Source: Octopus vulgaris
Lineage: Eukaryota
NCBI GenBank assembly: GCA_951406725.2
Contig: OX597836.1
Coordinates: 5,084,001-5,148,000 of the forward strand
Direction of reading: 5' to 3'
Length of the DNA stretch: 64,000 nt
The translations under genes and the position numbers were made by a program. Below are positions 27,975-41,949 of this stretch, piece by piece; position 1 is the first letter of the stretch, and each line of letters begins with the position of its first letter. The notes beneath the pieces were generated by a model that was not told the origin of the DNA, did no database searches, and worked only from the letters and a program-made list of their open reading frames with translations.

Positions 27975-28120
27975 GTGGCCTAGTGGTTAGAGGTATTCGG
28001 CTCATGATCGGAAGGTCGCGTGTTCGAATACCAGCGGTGCATTGAATCCTTCAGCAAGACATTTTATTTCACATTGCTTCACTCCACTGAGCTGGCAAAA
28101 ATGGGTGATACCTGTAATTT
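27975..28120 (+). mobile_element. SINE family D 5' fragment
   Basis: gtggcctagtggttag...gttcgaatacc...agcaagacattttatttcac. Confidence 0.7.
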
Positions 28121-28208
28121 AAACCGCCCATACATACATACAGGTGCAAATAGCTGAGAATAGCGGCAGGTATAAGTGAGCGTCGGATTTTTTCTTTGTC
28201 AGCGATCG

Positions 28209-28617
28209 CTTTACTCTTTTTTTTACTCTTTTACTTGTTTCAGTCATTTGACTGCGGCCATGCTGAAGCACCGCCTTAAGTCGAGCAAATCGACCCCGGG
28301 ACTTATTCTTTGTAAGCCCAGTACTTATTCTATCGGTCTCTTTTGCCGAACCGCTATGTGACGGGGACGTAAACACACCAGCATCGGTTGTCAAGCAATG
28401 CTAGGGGGACAAACACAGACACACAAACACATACACACATATATATATACATATATACGACAGGCTTCTTTCAGTTTCCGTCTACCAAATCCACTGACAA
28501 GGCATTGGTCGGCCCGGGACTATAGCAGAAGACACTTGCCCAAGGTGACACGCAGTGGGACTGAACCCGGAACCATGTAGTTGGTTAGCAAGCTACTTAC
28601 CACACAGCCACTCCTGC
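28209..28617 (-). mobile_element. SINE family A
   Basis: Reverse complement of 34475-34878. Confidence 0.88.
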
Positions 28618-29133
28618 TTATTCATATTTGCAGTAGAATTAGTCGATTTGCGGTGCTGCATTGGCCGGGATGGTGTTAAATGGAAGAGGAACGTTATCGT
28701 TATGAGATCGCGATATATATTTACCCGCAAGCAATACGTTTGATAGTGGTGACTTCAAACCAAAGGTGTTAACAAAATTGCTGACATTATCTCGTTTATT
28801 TTTAATTGTAGCAGAGAGAGAATTTCCTCGGGACACGAAACACAGATGAGATATGATGATGCCTGACGAAGAAGCTAAATCAAACTGGAATGATTTAAAT
28901 ATAGAAATATTTAATTAAAACAAGTAAACTAATTACTCAAGAATGTGGTTCCTGACTTGGGGAAAGAAAAGTTCGAGAAAAATATAGATACCTATATATG
29001 TGTGTGTGTAAAGGTATACACACATACATACATAAATATATATAGCGGTGGTGCCCCATCACAGCGGTGGTGCCCCAGCATGGCCGCGGCCTTCGGGCTA
29101 AAACATTTAAAAGGATTTTTAAGGATCTTAAGG

Positions 29134-29198
<65 letters not shown>

Positions 29199-29206
29199 CA
29201 TATATA

Positions 29207-29237
<31 letters not shown>

Positions 29238-29299
29238 TTACATATATATATATATACACATACATATATATATATACACATACATATATATATATATAT

Positions 29300-29371
<72 letters not shown>

Positions 29372-29919
29372 GCATACATCTCTCTCTTTCTCTCTCTGTC
29401 TATATATATATATATATAAATGTGTGTGTGTACACGAGTAAATAATAGGGGGGTGCATAAATTATACGACATTATGCTGAATTATATGCCATTATGTTGG
29501 ATTATAAAAATGACAGAATTCCAAAAGTATTCATTTCATAACTGTGCCACCCTTATGTCTCATCCTGTATATAGATGTATGTGCATATACAAAAATGTAT
29601 ATGCGTGCCTTTGTATGACTATATATGTATATGTGTATACACACATGTATATAAATGTGTAAACATCTGCCTGCGTATGTATGTTTGTGTTTGTATGTGT
29701 GTTTGTATGCGTATGTGCGTGATGTCAAGGGTGAGTGTCACTCGCGACACGAAGGGAGACTGTTCGACGACTAAATCGAAATCATTTCGATGTTGATAAA
29801 CATATACCCAACAACTACGTCATTGTCATTCTCGATGCGTTTTACTAAACTACTGTGTGATATCATTATTTCTCCCACACCCCACTTTCATTTCACATGA
29901 TATATACGACTTCGTTTTA

Positions 29920-30092
29920 TCCTCTCCGTTTTCTCGTTCTCTCTCCATTTCTTTCTTCTCATTCATTTCTGTGAAAGAGCATCGGCTCGAAACGTGAAAG
30001 ATTCATCCATTATTCTCAAGCGTCAAACTAATACACCTGTTTGCTGTTCACCTGTCTTCGTCCTTTGTTTTCTGCAAATCTGAACTAAATAT
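29920..30092 (+). mobile_element. PLE-like end with degenerate minimal HHR
   Basis: Pyrimidine tract, then tttCTGTGAAA-GAGC atcg GCTC-GAAACGT-Gaaa, then ...agcgtcaaactaata, which is shared with the 34.2 and 37.45 kb copies. Confidence 0.45.
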
Positions 30093-30617
30093 ATGTCTGT
30101 TTGTGAGTGTGTGTGTTTTTGAATGTGTGTTTGTCTATTCGTGTGAGTGTGTATTAGTATGTGTGTCTGTGAGTGTTTCTGTTTGTATTAGTGTATGTGT
30201 ACTAGTGTATGTCTGTGCGTCAGTGAGTGTGTGTATATTAGTGTGTGTCAGTGTGTGCGTGTGTATAAATCTACAACAGTCGCCATCCTACAAGAGCGTC
30301 GAAAGTGATACAATATGTCTTCGGAGCAAATATGTAAGCCATTTAGCCGTGCCAAACACGTTTATGATTTCTATTGAATATACAATAAATGAAAAGAAAC
30401 ACAAATCATGTCTGAGACAATTAGTCTGAGCTAAGGCGTTCTTCAGCTAAAGTGAGAATTATTGTACGATTAACAAGATTATTAACATTAATTTCATAAC
30501 GTTACATTTCCTTCCGGGCAGCTGGGCTGATAAGAAAATTCCCGCAAAAAGAAATCAGCGTGTGACAAGAACATTTATAAGTGTGTGTGTGTGTGTTTGC
30601 GTGTGTGTGAGTGTGTG

Positions 30618-30668
<51 letters not shown>

Positions 30669-31394
30669 CTCTATGAGCATGCGTAGTCGCTGGCATTGTT
30701 TCGTGGTATAAATTTACACGTTCAGCAAGGTGTAAGTTCGATCCTACAATACTCTTTATCGAGTTTAGTCCTACTGCGTGGAACCATCGGCCAGACCAAA
30801 TCCTTGTAACTGGATTTGGTGGACCGAAACTGAAAGAAGCTGGTCATCAATAGACGTATTGGATCTGTAGGCCCCGAATTAGATTTTTCTTTCTGGTTTT
30901 GTGAAGCCTAATTTCTCAAGGTATTTAGGCAGTATGTTATATATCCCATGTATGTATGTATGTATGTATGTATGTATGTATGTATGTATGTATGTATGTA
31001 TGTATGTATGTATGTATGTATGCATGCATGTATGTATATATGTATGTATGTATACATGTATGTATATGTATGTATATATATGTTTGTGAATGTATGTATG
31101 CACATGTTTGTGTGTATGTGTATGTGTATAGACAGTGTGCAATCGAGGGAGGGGTGGAAAATAATTGAATATACGAAAGTTATATATAAATATAGGTATA
31201 GCAAAACACAGAATATTCACACTTCCTAGCACACATGTACACATTCACACACGGATACAGACACACATACAGACATAATCACATATATTCATATATAGAA
31301 AGAAAGGCAGGGAGAACGAAAGAGGGGAACGTGTGTGCGTGTGTGTATTTGTGTCCATGTCTGTATGCGTGTACTTGCAAATATATAAAGATAG

Positions 31395-31445
<51 letters not shown>

Positions 31446-31495
31446 CTCACATTGAAAAATATATCATATATTTACGTAAAAGCGTGTGTATGTGC

Positions 31496-31564
<69 letters not shown>

Positions 31565-31799
31565 TGAGCATGTAAAAATCTGGCGTGTAAACTTCTTGAA
31601 ACGCACAGTTCGTAGGAGCCAGACATTAGCGAAACTTATTTTCGAGGTTATGCACCTACGGGGTCAAATGTCATATTGTCAGCGTAACCTAAGATTTCAA
31701 CAACTGACGTTGGAATCTTTCTAACTTTCTGTGCATAGTTAAGTATGGAAATATGATTTGTGCAGTACGTAGGACTATGTGCATAAGATAAACTTCATT

Positions 31800-32370
<571 letters not shown>

Positions 32371-32781
32371 TCTGTCTGTGTGTGTACGTATAAGTATATG
32401 TATGTGTTTGTGCGTGTAGTTTGTATGTGCGTGTCTGTCTGAGTGTGAATATATTCCTAAAATTGTACATACTTGCAAACACACACACACACACACACAG
32501 ATACACAAACAAGGACACAGACATATATACATATAAATTCAATTATGAGCGTGCATATTTTTTCTTGCGTGTTCCTTCGCCTCTGTTGTCTCTTTCTAGG
32601 TGTATAAAAACCTCACCTCGCATCGTATATGAATGCGTCTGCTTCCATTCTAGAATCTGATGATTTTGCAACTGTTTCAATTAAATCATTCAGCTTTAGA
32701 ATCGTAATAACTTTACTTCCTTCTTTTCTACGTGTGTATGTGTATGTGTGCGTGAACGAGTTAATCTCAGACTGCGCACAC

Positions 32782-32824
<43 letters not shown>

Positions 32825-34159
32825 TGTGTGAGAAAAGCAGAGGAATAAAGGAGATGAGGAGAGAAAGAATAGAAGATAGAGTCGAAGAAAAGTATATATA
32901 TTATCATAGAAAGACTGAGACGGAGAAAAGGGGAGAAGTAGAGAATGAGAGAGATCACCTGGTAACCTTAATAATAAGAAACTTTCTCGGAGGCAATATT
33001 TTACATGCGATCGTGAAGTTGATTACCATATTACATTGGTTAAGATCTAGAATGTTCTTGGTGTCATAATTAGTCGTCTGGTTCGCAAACGATAATTGAA
33101 AATCTGCGCCACAGATATCTACATAAGTACCATTACAGTCAAACCGACGCTTCAACTTTTCAAACGACCACTTTATACCTTAGCCTGGTTCTTATTGATT
33201 TGAATATTCAAAAGAGCATCTTGTTCATTCTGAAGTTTCTTTTACTTTCACTCTGAAATTCTTGCAGTGGTAGCTAATATTAGTAGAAATAATATTTGAA
33301 TGTAAAAAAAAAAAAAATATGCCCAAAGTCTAGTCGTCATTTTGGTTGCATAAGACTCAATTTGTAACATAAGCACATGTTTCTTCCTACTTTAGAAGTC
33401 CCGTGGATAGGTTGTTCATATAAATTATGTTTCTTAATTAATGTTTTAATCTGTTGTGTCTGGGGAGAGTCATTTTCTTTTTGTGCCTTATTATATACCA
33501 CACTCACCGGCAAAATTTCCAGTTTTTTTTCTCTAATTTTTTATTTTCCTAAAATTTTCATTGCTTCTTGCAACCTTTTCAACAGACTATGCTTCAACAC
33601 ACGAACTCATATAAAGAATCTTGCAAACCAAATCCAAAAACGAAACACCTTTTTAATAACTTACATCTAAGGAATTAGATCTAATGATGTACATACTCAG
33701 GATGCAATATAGAGCTCGTAGATCTTTAGAAGGGCTATCGTAATGGTGGAAATTGTGTAAATGATAGCAAAATTGTGGGTTCCATAACATGCAGCCAGTG
33801 TGCTACGGTGTGTTGTTATACAGGCGACTTAACGAATCTCACGCCACTGTAGGCCACGCTAGTATTTGAACTGCCAATATATATATATACACGTGTGTTT
33901 GTATGTGTTTATACATGCATACATACATACATAAATATATATATAAATATATATATTATAATTCACTATCAAAGGTGCACAAATGTTCGTAATCCGAATG
34001 AATAAGGTGATTAAACCAGTGGTAGAGAGAGCTCCATGAAATTGGTACCGAAACAATCGGAATGACGGATTGCTCTGTGTGAGGATGTAGTAGATAGTCG
34101 ATTAAAAAAAAACATGCAGAAAAAAGAATTTAAAACATCGCCACGGATTGTAAGCGATT

Positions 34160-34328
34160 ATTTTCCTTGTTCTACCCTTTCGGACTTTCCTGCATTTTCT
34201 GTTTCCGAAAAGGAGCTATGTTCGAAACGTAAAACAACTATTCTTCTCATTCTCTGAGCGTCTTATTAACTCATTGCTTATTGTACGTCCTCACGTTTGT
34301 TTGTTTCTCCTCTGTGTTTTTAATTCAC

Positions 34329-34330
<2 letters not shown>
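34160..34330 (+). mobile_element. PLE-like end with degenerate minimal HHR
   Basis: GTTT-CCGAAAAG-GAGC tat GTTC-GAAACGTA-AAAC (34201-34235), followed by (TA)n. Confidence 0.45.
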
Positions 34331-34388
<58 letters not shown>

Positions 34389-34474
34389 TGTATGTATGTA
34401 TGCATGTACATATATATATTAATACATATATTATATATATGTATATATGTATACATATTATACACATATACATA

Positions 34475-34878
34475 GGCGCAGGAGTGGCTGTGTGGTAAGT
34501 AGCTTGTTTACCAACCACATGGTTCCGGGTTCAGTCCCACTGCGTGGCATCTTGGGCAAGTGTCTTCTGCTAAGGCCCCGGGCCGACAAATGCCTTGTGA
34601 GTGGATTTGGTAGACAGAAACTGAAAGAAGCCTGTCGTATATATGTATATATGTATATATGTGTGTGTTTGTGTGTCTGTGTTTGTCCCCCTAGCATTGC
34701 TTGACAACCGATGCTGGTGTGTTTACGTCCCCGTCACTTAGCGGTTCGGCAAAAGAGACCGATAGAATAAGCACTGGGCTTACAAAGAATAAGTCCCGGG
34801 GTCGATTTGCTCGACTAAAGGCGGTGCTCCAGCATGGCCGCAGTCAAATGATTGAAACAATAAAAGAGTAAAAGAGTA
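34475..34878 (+). mobile_element. Young full-length tRNA-derived SINE, family A (CORE-like cttgggcaagt; internal TA/TG tract; TAAAAGAG tail)
   Basis: A/B-box-like tggctgtgtgg / ggttcagtccc. High identity to copies at 20.1, 28.2, 39.3 and 55.3 kb. Confidence 0.88.
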
Positions 34879-35627
34879 TATATTATTATATTATATATTA
34901 ATATATATCATTATATATATATATATAAATTATATATATACCTGTGTGTGTCTGTGTCTGTGTATTTATGCACACACACGCATGCGTGTATTGATTCGCA
35001 CGGGTGCATGTGTACGCCATGCATTTTCTTTAACAGGTTAACTTTCAACGGGCCTGTTTGCGAACCAATTAACACAACAAATAGATCCATTATCTATTTG
35101 ATCAATCATTGTAGAAATAACAATCGATTCTTCTTCCCCACCCCGTACTCCTGCCTTCGATCCCATTCATTAATGTCCTTATAATTATGCAGTATAATTG
35201 AGAAGAAATAAAAAGGGAATCAACAACTGATGTACAAGATATTGATAGTTGAAATTCTGAGTGATGGAATATTTTAATGTTCATATCCTGTTATTGAACC
35301 CACCTACACATTTCACATAAAAATCTGCTCTGCCAGGTTCCAGGTGGCACTACACAATAAAAAAACACATCAATGGGAGATAGAAACAAGTTGTTGCGCA
35401 AAAATTTATGTATTGAATAAATGCACGCTGTTATCTTTATTATTTTTAAAATGAGTTTTTCGATAATTCCCGAATAAAAGATGACGACGTCACGGTTGGG
35501 TGCCTTTAAACATAGATCTTCTTGAATTGGGTTCATTAGGCGCTGAAATGAAGGACAGACGATTTACCTTTGCTAAAACATTGTTCGATAAAGTACTTAT
35601 TGTATTAACTACAATGAATATATATAA

Positions 35628-35855
35628 GGAGGCGCAATGGACCAGTAGTTGGGGCAGCGGACTCGCGGTCGTAGGGTCGCGGTTTCGATTCCCAGACCGG
35701 GCGTTGTGAATGTTTATTGAGCGAAAACCCCTTAAGCTCCACGAAGCTCTGGCAGTGGGTGATGGTCAACACTGTTGCACTCTTTCAACGCAAATTTCCA
35801 TCACTATTTCTTCCTGTTTCTGTTGTACCTGTATTACAAAGGGTCAGCCATGCCA
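35628..35855 (+). mobile_element. SINE family E
   Basis: ggaggcgcaatgg...gtttcgattcccagaccgggcgttgtg...aagctccacga matches 8020-8328. Confidence 0.75.
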
Positions 35856-36003
35856 CACAAAACTTCCCGACGAACGGGAACATGAAACTCCGAGTAACAG
35901 CTTCTGTTATATTTCTGCTGCTTTTAAATATAGCATATTACTCTACCTGTGGTATTTGAGTACTCTTTTCCCCACCTTGTTTCACATTATGTGCTTACAC
36001 CGG

Positions 36004-36050
<47 letters not shown>

Positions 36051-36225
36051 CGTGCTTATTTCAATTTCCGTACGGCATATCCACGCAAAATTTTTGGCAG
36101 GGTCGCGGTTAGCGGAGAAGGTACTTGCCCAAAAGCTTCACGCGCATGGTCAGTACACTGAACCATCTACATCATTTACATTATTTACATTTGACGGACA
36201 TTTGTCCTCATCTTGTTTGTTGTTA

Positions 36226-36274
36226 ACACAATATTTCGGCTGATATACCCACCTCCTCAGCCTTCATCAGGTGT
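36226..36274 (-). ncRNA. Minimal hammerhead ribozyme motif
   Basis: ACAC-CUGAUGA-A-GGCUGA...UCAGCC-GAAAUAUU-GUGU, with a 4-bp stem I, a 6-bp stem II and a palindromic AUAU stem III. Confidence 0.7.
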
Positions 36275-36333
36275 CTTGCGGAAATTCCGAACTTGGTTAT
36301 TTATTCCTATGGTATTTTCCGATGTTGTTGTTG

Positions 36334-36397
<64 letters not shown>

Positions 36398-36494
36398 CAT
36401 TCAGTTCCCTGCCTGGAATCGAACTAGCCCGTGCTCTTAACCACTACGCCATATGCCTTAGGAATGAAAACCCAGGTTCGAAATTTCCCCCAAG

Positions 36495-36538
36495 ACACCT
36501 GATGAAGGCTGGAGGGTATATAAGTCCAAAACGTTGTG
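36495..36538 (+). ncRNA. Mutated minimal HHR (GAAA core changed to AAAA)
   Basis: ACAC-CTGATGAA-GGCT...AGTCC-AAAACGTT-GTG; homologous to 36226-36274. Confidence 0.55.
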
Positions 36539-37394
36539 CTAACAACAAACAAGATGAGGACAAATATCCGTCAAATGTAAATAATGTAAATAATGTACAT
36601 AATTATTCATCTCTCAAATATAGAACTTTACTGAACCATGTTGTTGGCAAGAAAACTTCTTACCGTACGGCCACCCCCGTGATTGGGGAGACACCGCGTG
36701 ATATGGTTGTCCTTCCTCGTACGCTGATGATTAATACAACGGGGTGATCAGGTTACTTCTACGTTCACTGGTTAAATAGACACCTTAAATGTTTACAATC
36801 GATGAGCAACGAAAATGAGATTCAGGTTTCACTTGGCTGCAATCAATTCGGATTCTTAATGAGTAACCTTCTGCTGTGTTTCATTATCCACATCTTCAGT
36901 GTTAACCAAATCTAATTTCATTGATATCAGCGCATTTCCAGCTTCAGCCAAGCGCTCAACAAATCACACACAAGCACACACAAGCACACACAAGCATACG
37001 CACAAACACACACGTTGTTTTATCGATGCCTTTATCGTTTTTTCCTTTCGTCTTCATAGACATCATTAAACAAATTTGAGAAACACACATTTAAACAAAC
37101 AAATACACTCACGGTCTTACATACAAGTTAAAACATGCACTACACCTACGCACAAACACATACAGAAACCTATGTACACGTGCGCATAAATATATGCATA
37201 CAGACAGAAGCTGACACCACTGCAACCTATCTCTCTGTATAACGTTTTCGTGGCGTTACATTCTTTACTCCACAAATACCAGTAAAATATTCAAATAAAG
37301 ATATCTCGTTCAAGCAAGACGCAAATACGTATAAACGAACTCTTTATGTATAACATACACACACACATGCACTCACACACATATTTGTAGTTCT

Positions 37395-37580
37395 ATTTTA
37401 AAGAAAACAAACGACGAAGACACATGAAGGAGCAGCAAGAAGCTCAATTAGTTTCACGTTCGGGAAGAATGGAAAAGTTGTTGACGTTTCAAGCCTACGC
37501 TCTTCGTCAAAAAAAGGATTGAGAGAAAGAAAGAAAACGAAGAGAGCGCGGCAAATAAAAACGGAGAGAGAAACAAAATG
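37395..37580 (-). mobile_element. PLE-like end with near-intact minimal HHR
   Basis: Minus strand reads UU-UUGACGAA-GAGC guag GCUU-GAAACGUC-AA (37479-37513). Downstream sequence is homologous to the 29.97 kb copy. Confidence 0.5.
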
Positions 37581-37746
37581 TATTTAAATGTGTGTGTATG
37601 TATGTATGTATGTATGTATGTATGCATGTAGGTAGGTCAATAGGTAGGTAGGTAGGTAGGTAGGTAGGTAGGTAGGTAGGTAGGCATGTAGGTAGGTAGG
37701 TAGGTAGGTAGGTAGGTAGGTAGGTAGGTAGGTAGGTAGGTAGGTA

Positions 37747-37980
37747 GCGCCGAGCTGCCAGAAACGTTAGCACGCCGGGCGAAATGCTTTGTGGTATTTC
37801 GTCCGCCGCTGCGTTCTGAGTTCAAATTCCGCTGAGGTCGACTTTGCCTTTCATCCTATCGGGGTTGATAAATTAAGTACCAGTGAAACACTGGGGTCGA
37901 TGTAATCGACTTAATACCTATGTCTGTCCTTGTCTGTCCCCTCTATGTTTAGCCCCTTGTGGGTAATAAAGAAATAGGTA
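37747..37980 (+). mobile_element. SINE family C within (TAGG)n
   Basis: Full head to tail ...agccccttgtgggtaataaagaaataggta, with (TAGG)n on both sides. Confidence 0.85.
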
Positions 37981-38250
37981 GGTAGGTAGGTAGGTAGGTA
38001 GGTAGGTAGGTAGGTAGGTATGAAAGTCAATATTAAAGTTTGGTATGTTCCTGAACTGCGACGATAAAGCACGTCTACCTGATGTCACCCAAGGTAATTA
38101 CAGATCTGAAGGCGCATCCACAGTAATTACACCCTTGTCGCTGCATGTAGCGCAGGAATTCCTCAGGGTACGTTGTACAAAATAAAGTTTCCCGTGGGTT
38201 CCATCCTCCGTCTTTAGCATTCCTTTAATGTATGCATGTGTGTATGTGTG

Positions 38251-38299
<49 letters not shown>

Positions 38300-39297
38300 C
38301 TATGGATATTGTGTGTATGTTTGTGTATTAAATCATATACACACATATATTTTATTGGTTTCCGCTTGGTATTACTCATTCAATCTCTTCTGCTCTACAC
38401 ACCAACATCGGTTACCAAGCGGTGGTGGTGGTGGATAAACTGTGAGAGGGTGAGACACACTGATACACAAAAAAACTAGAAACACACACTGACACACACG
38501 CACGCATACTCAAATGTGTGTATACATACATATACAAATATACATAGGATATATATATATATGTTTATATGTATGTATATATATGTATATATATATATAT
38601 ATATATACAGACATATTTACGCGTATATCCATACACACATACATACATACGTATATACATATATATATATATAAAGATATATACGTATATATTCAGATAT
38701 ATATATATATATATATATAAACCTTTATGTGTATATATGTATATATATATGTGTATGTATATATATATATGTATATATATGTGTGTGTGTGTGCGTTTGT
38801 TTGTATATATGTATGCATGTATGTATGTATGTATGTATGTATGTATGTATGTATGTATGTATGTATGTATGTATGTATGTATTGATATATATATATATAT
38901 ATATTGATATATAAAGACCGACACAAACGAACTTTCTCCAGTTTGTTCTCCGCGTTTTTGTTTCTCTTGTGTTGTTTGTACATCGGTCAACGTAGACGAA
39001 TCAATCGACCGATCTATCGGATGAGAAAATCGATCTATCATTCATTGGTCTTAATGCTTATTTGTTTCACGAGCGCCGGAATCCTGACCAATAGCGACAA
39101 TTGCTTTCCATTGTTCTTCTCCAGACATAACCATCAACTCCTGAATAGCTCCATTGACTTTATGGAGACACTGTCACATGATATCTTTCTTTCTTTCTCT
39201 CTTTCATGTGCTAAGCATCCATTTACTTTGTCTCATGTGTATATGATGCGGCCAATTTACTTCATGTGTGTGTTTATACATATATATATATACATAC

Positions 39298-39720
39298 GCA
39301 CAGGAGTGGCTGTGTGGTAAGTAGCTTGTTTACCAGCCACATGGTTCCGGGTTCAGTTCCACTGCGTGGCTCCTTGGGCAAGTGTCTTCTGCTATAGCCG
39401 CGGACTGACCAAAGCTTTGTGAGTGGATTTGGTAGACGGAAACTGAAAGAAGCCCGTCGTATATATGTATATATATATATATATGCGTGTGAGTGTTTGT
39501 GTGCCTGTGTTTGTTCCCCCCCCCCAACATTGCTTGACAACCGATGCTGGTGTGTTTATGTCCCCGTTACCTAGCGGTTCGACAAAAGAGACCGATAGAA
39601 TAAGTACTGGGCTTACAAAAGAATATATTCCGGGGTCGAGTTGCTCGATTGAAGGCAGTGCTCCAGCATGGCCGCAGTTGGATGACTGAAACAAGTAAAA
39701 GAGTAAAAGAGTAAAAGAGA
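39298..39720 (+). mobile_element. SINE family A
   Basis: Colinear with 34475-34878 and slightly more diverged. Confidence 0.85.
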
Positions 39721-41949
39721 TATTTATATATATATATATGTTTGTGTGTGTATGTATACGTGTATATAAGCCTTTTTACATACGTGGATATACAGGTATA
39801 TCTACATGGTTGTATCAAATACGTCTTTCAGTGCACATATGTATGTATGTATATATGTAAAAAGATATATATGCATAATTGTGTGTGTGCGTGTGTGTTT
39901 GTATGTGTACGCGGGTGGGCTGAAAGTTCCTGGCTTTAAGCTCATCGCGATGGGCCCGGTCGCAAGGTCAACATTAAATCATGTTTAAAATGATTACATT
40001 TCTCCCGACTTATGCTGCATCGGGCATAAAGAAATCTGCCTCAATGAAGAGCCCGCAAAGCACCAATATGTAACTTTAATGAACCGCCATAGTCTAACAC
40101 CTTTATACGGAGCTGATCTCTGCTATTGCGCGGAGAAGAATGTGGGCACGGCTTACGTACAGAAAGTGAAATGAACCGTCAGTGTAGGCTTTTTCTGTTT
40201 GTTCCAAACAGCAGCAATATAGAAGAATCGGTTTGAATTTCGATTCTTGTTCGTACAAGAAACTCACCCACGTCACTTCTTTAAATGCAAATTTCAAAGC
40301 TGAGTCAACGTAGGGCAGTTATAACTTGATGAAATCTCCAAGCAGTTGAAATGCGCGAGAAGTCTTCCATAACCAAGTGGATAAACATTTTCAGCAGTAA
40401 AAAGTACAACAGAGACATGAACAGGATGCGGCCCAACCCCCTTTCAGTATATAAATTTAAGGACAGAAAAACTTTATTTAGGTAGCTTTCTTCTCGGAAA
40501 ATCCTTTTGCTATTCAGTTCTGTTCCTTGTCACCGCTTTAGGATATACGTTTAGTCTACTGCAATAAATTTCTCTCGTAAATGAATTTTATGAAGATAGT
40601 TATTTTAAAGAAAATTAATTTTTAAACAAAGAATAATAGAAAATGTTTTTAGAAAGATTAGATTAATATCAGATAAAAGTAGTGAGAATTGATCAGTTTT
40701 TTAAAGGCTGAAGAAAAGTCCAGGCTTTAAAGCTGGAAATAAGTTACAATTATCAGAAGCCTGAAGCAGTTTTTGATATTTCTTTTGGTCAGTACCTCTG
40801 CCTCATTAGAAGATCGGTGAGCGTATGCAATGTTTAATCACTGTTGAACGCTTTGCAATTTGGTCAAACGCCATTAAACAAGACAATCAATAAATATATT
40901 CTAATTGCTAAAGAGGGATAGAGAGATGGAGAGAGAAAGAATGAAAGAGAGAGAGAGGAGAGAAAGAAAGAGAGGTGGAGATCTCTTCTGTGCATGTGGA
41001 ACGAGAAAGTGAAAATTTTTAAATGACATTTACCGTTAATGGGAAACAATTGAGAAGTGTGGTTGTGTTAAGTGAAAGGACACTTCTTGCTATTTGTGGC
41101 ACAAATGTATTCGGCGTTGAAATTGTCGATCGAAATTCGAATATCTCACCACAAGAATTAATGATTGTGAAACCATTTTCTCTGTAAACTATTAAATGTC
41201 TATCATTCAAATGCGGTAGAAGTTGAATAACATACTTAAGGCCGCAATTTACTCACACGCTGCAAATTTCAGAGCTTGTCGCTAATTCAGTTCTAAACCA
41301 AATAAAAAAAAACGCTAACATTTTTGAAGAAGGCTGGTCCTTAGCTACATTTTGGCATTAAAAAAATTGAGATTTGGTTCAGTAGAAAAAAGTTTACATC
41401 AAAATATGTTGCGACGTTATAGGAGAGGAAGAAACTCCACCAATCAAGTTTAGATCTAAATAACTTTTTTATTATATTAAATGCAAAATACATTTACCTT
41501 AGCTTCAATGATAAAAGACTGTATGAAGAATTTCATAGGTTTGGTCCCATGCAACAAAAATTTATATCAAAACGTTGTGAGGGAAAATATCACGAAAAAC
41601 AATATAAGGCAAATATTGGATTTAAGTATAATTAAACTTATTTATTTTTATTACAAACTATATTTTAATTAAGCTTGAATGATTGAGCTAAATTCGAGGA
41701 ATTCCATGGTATCAATCTCATGCAATTAAGTTTTAAAACAAAAAAGTTATGAGTGTTTCATTCTCAAATCTGAGAGTGATAATATAGTTCTTTATTTGTT
41801 TATGAATATAAGTCTAGGGGACTTTTAATATATGTCACCGGCATCATTGATATAAGGAAAAATATTATCAACGACACCACTAATTGACACATTTCACACA
41901 TTATTAATTAGAAAAACAGCTTAGCATAAAAAAAACATGGATTATATGG

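Larger units (their letters stand above)
36167..36629. mobile_element. Composite element: tRNA-like head + (AAT)n + HHR tail (minus strand), with an inverted second HHR arm (plus strand)
   Basis: Minus-strand head at 36401-36457 has A box TGGCGTAGTGG and B box GTTCGATTCC. HHR at 36226-36274; inverted copy at ~36455-36627. Direct repeat ACTGAACCAT at 36157-36166 and 36630-36639. Confidence 0.7.

Noticed and set aside
36401-36457. tRNA-like sequence and other A/B-box heads
   Set aside because: No complete cloverleaf or acceptor stem; these are SINE heads rather than tRNA genes.
39908-39940. Mariner-like TIR (tacgcgggtgggctgaaagttcc)
   Set aside because: No matching second TIR or recognisable transposase nearby.
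41038-41187. Short non-repetitive open frame (GKQLRSVVVLSERTLLAICG...) as a possible exon
   Set aside because: No recognisable domain and no convincing splice sites; a host exon cannot be supported, though tiny exons cannot be excluded.
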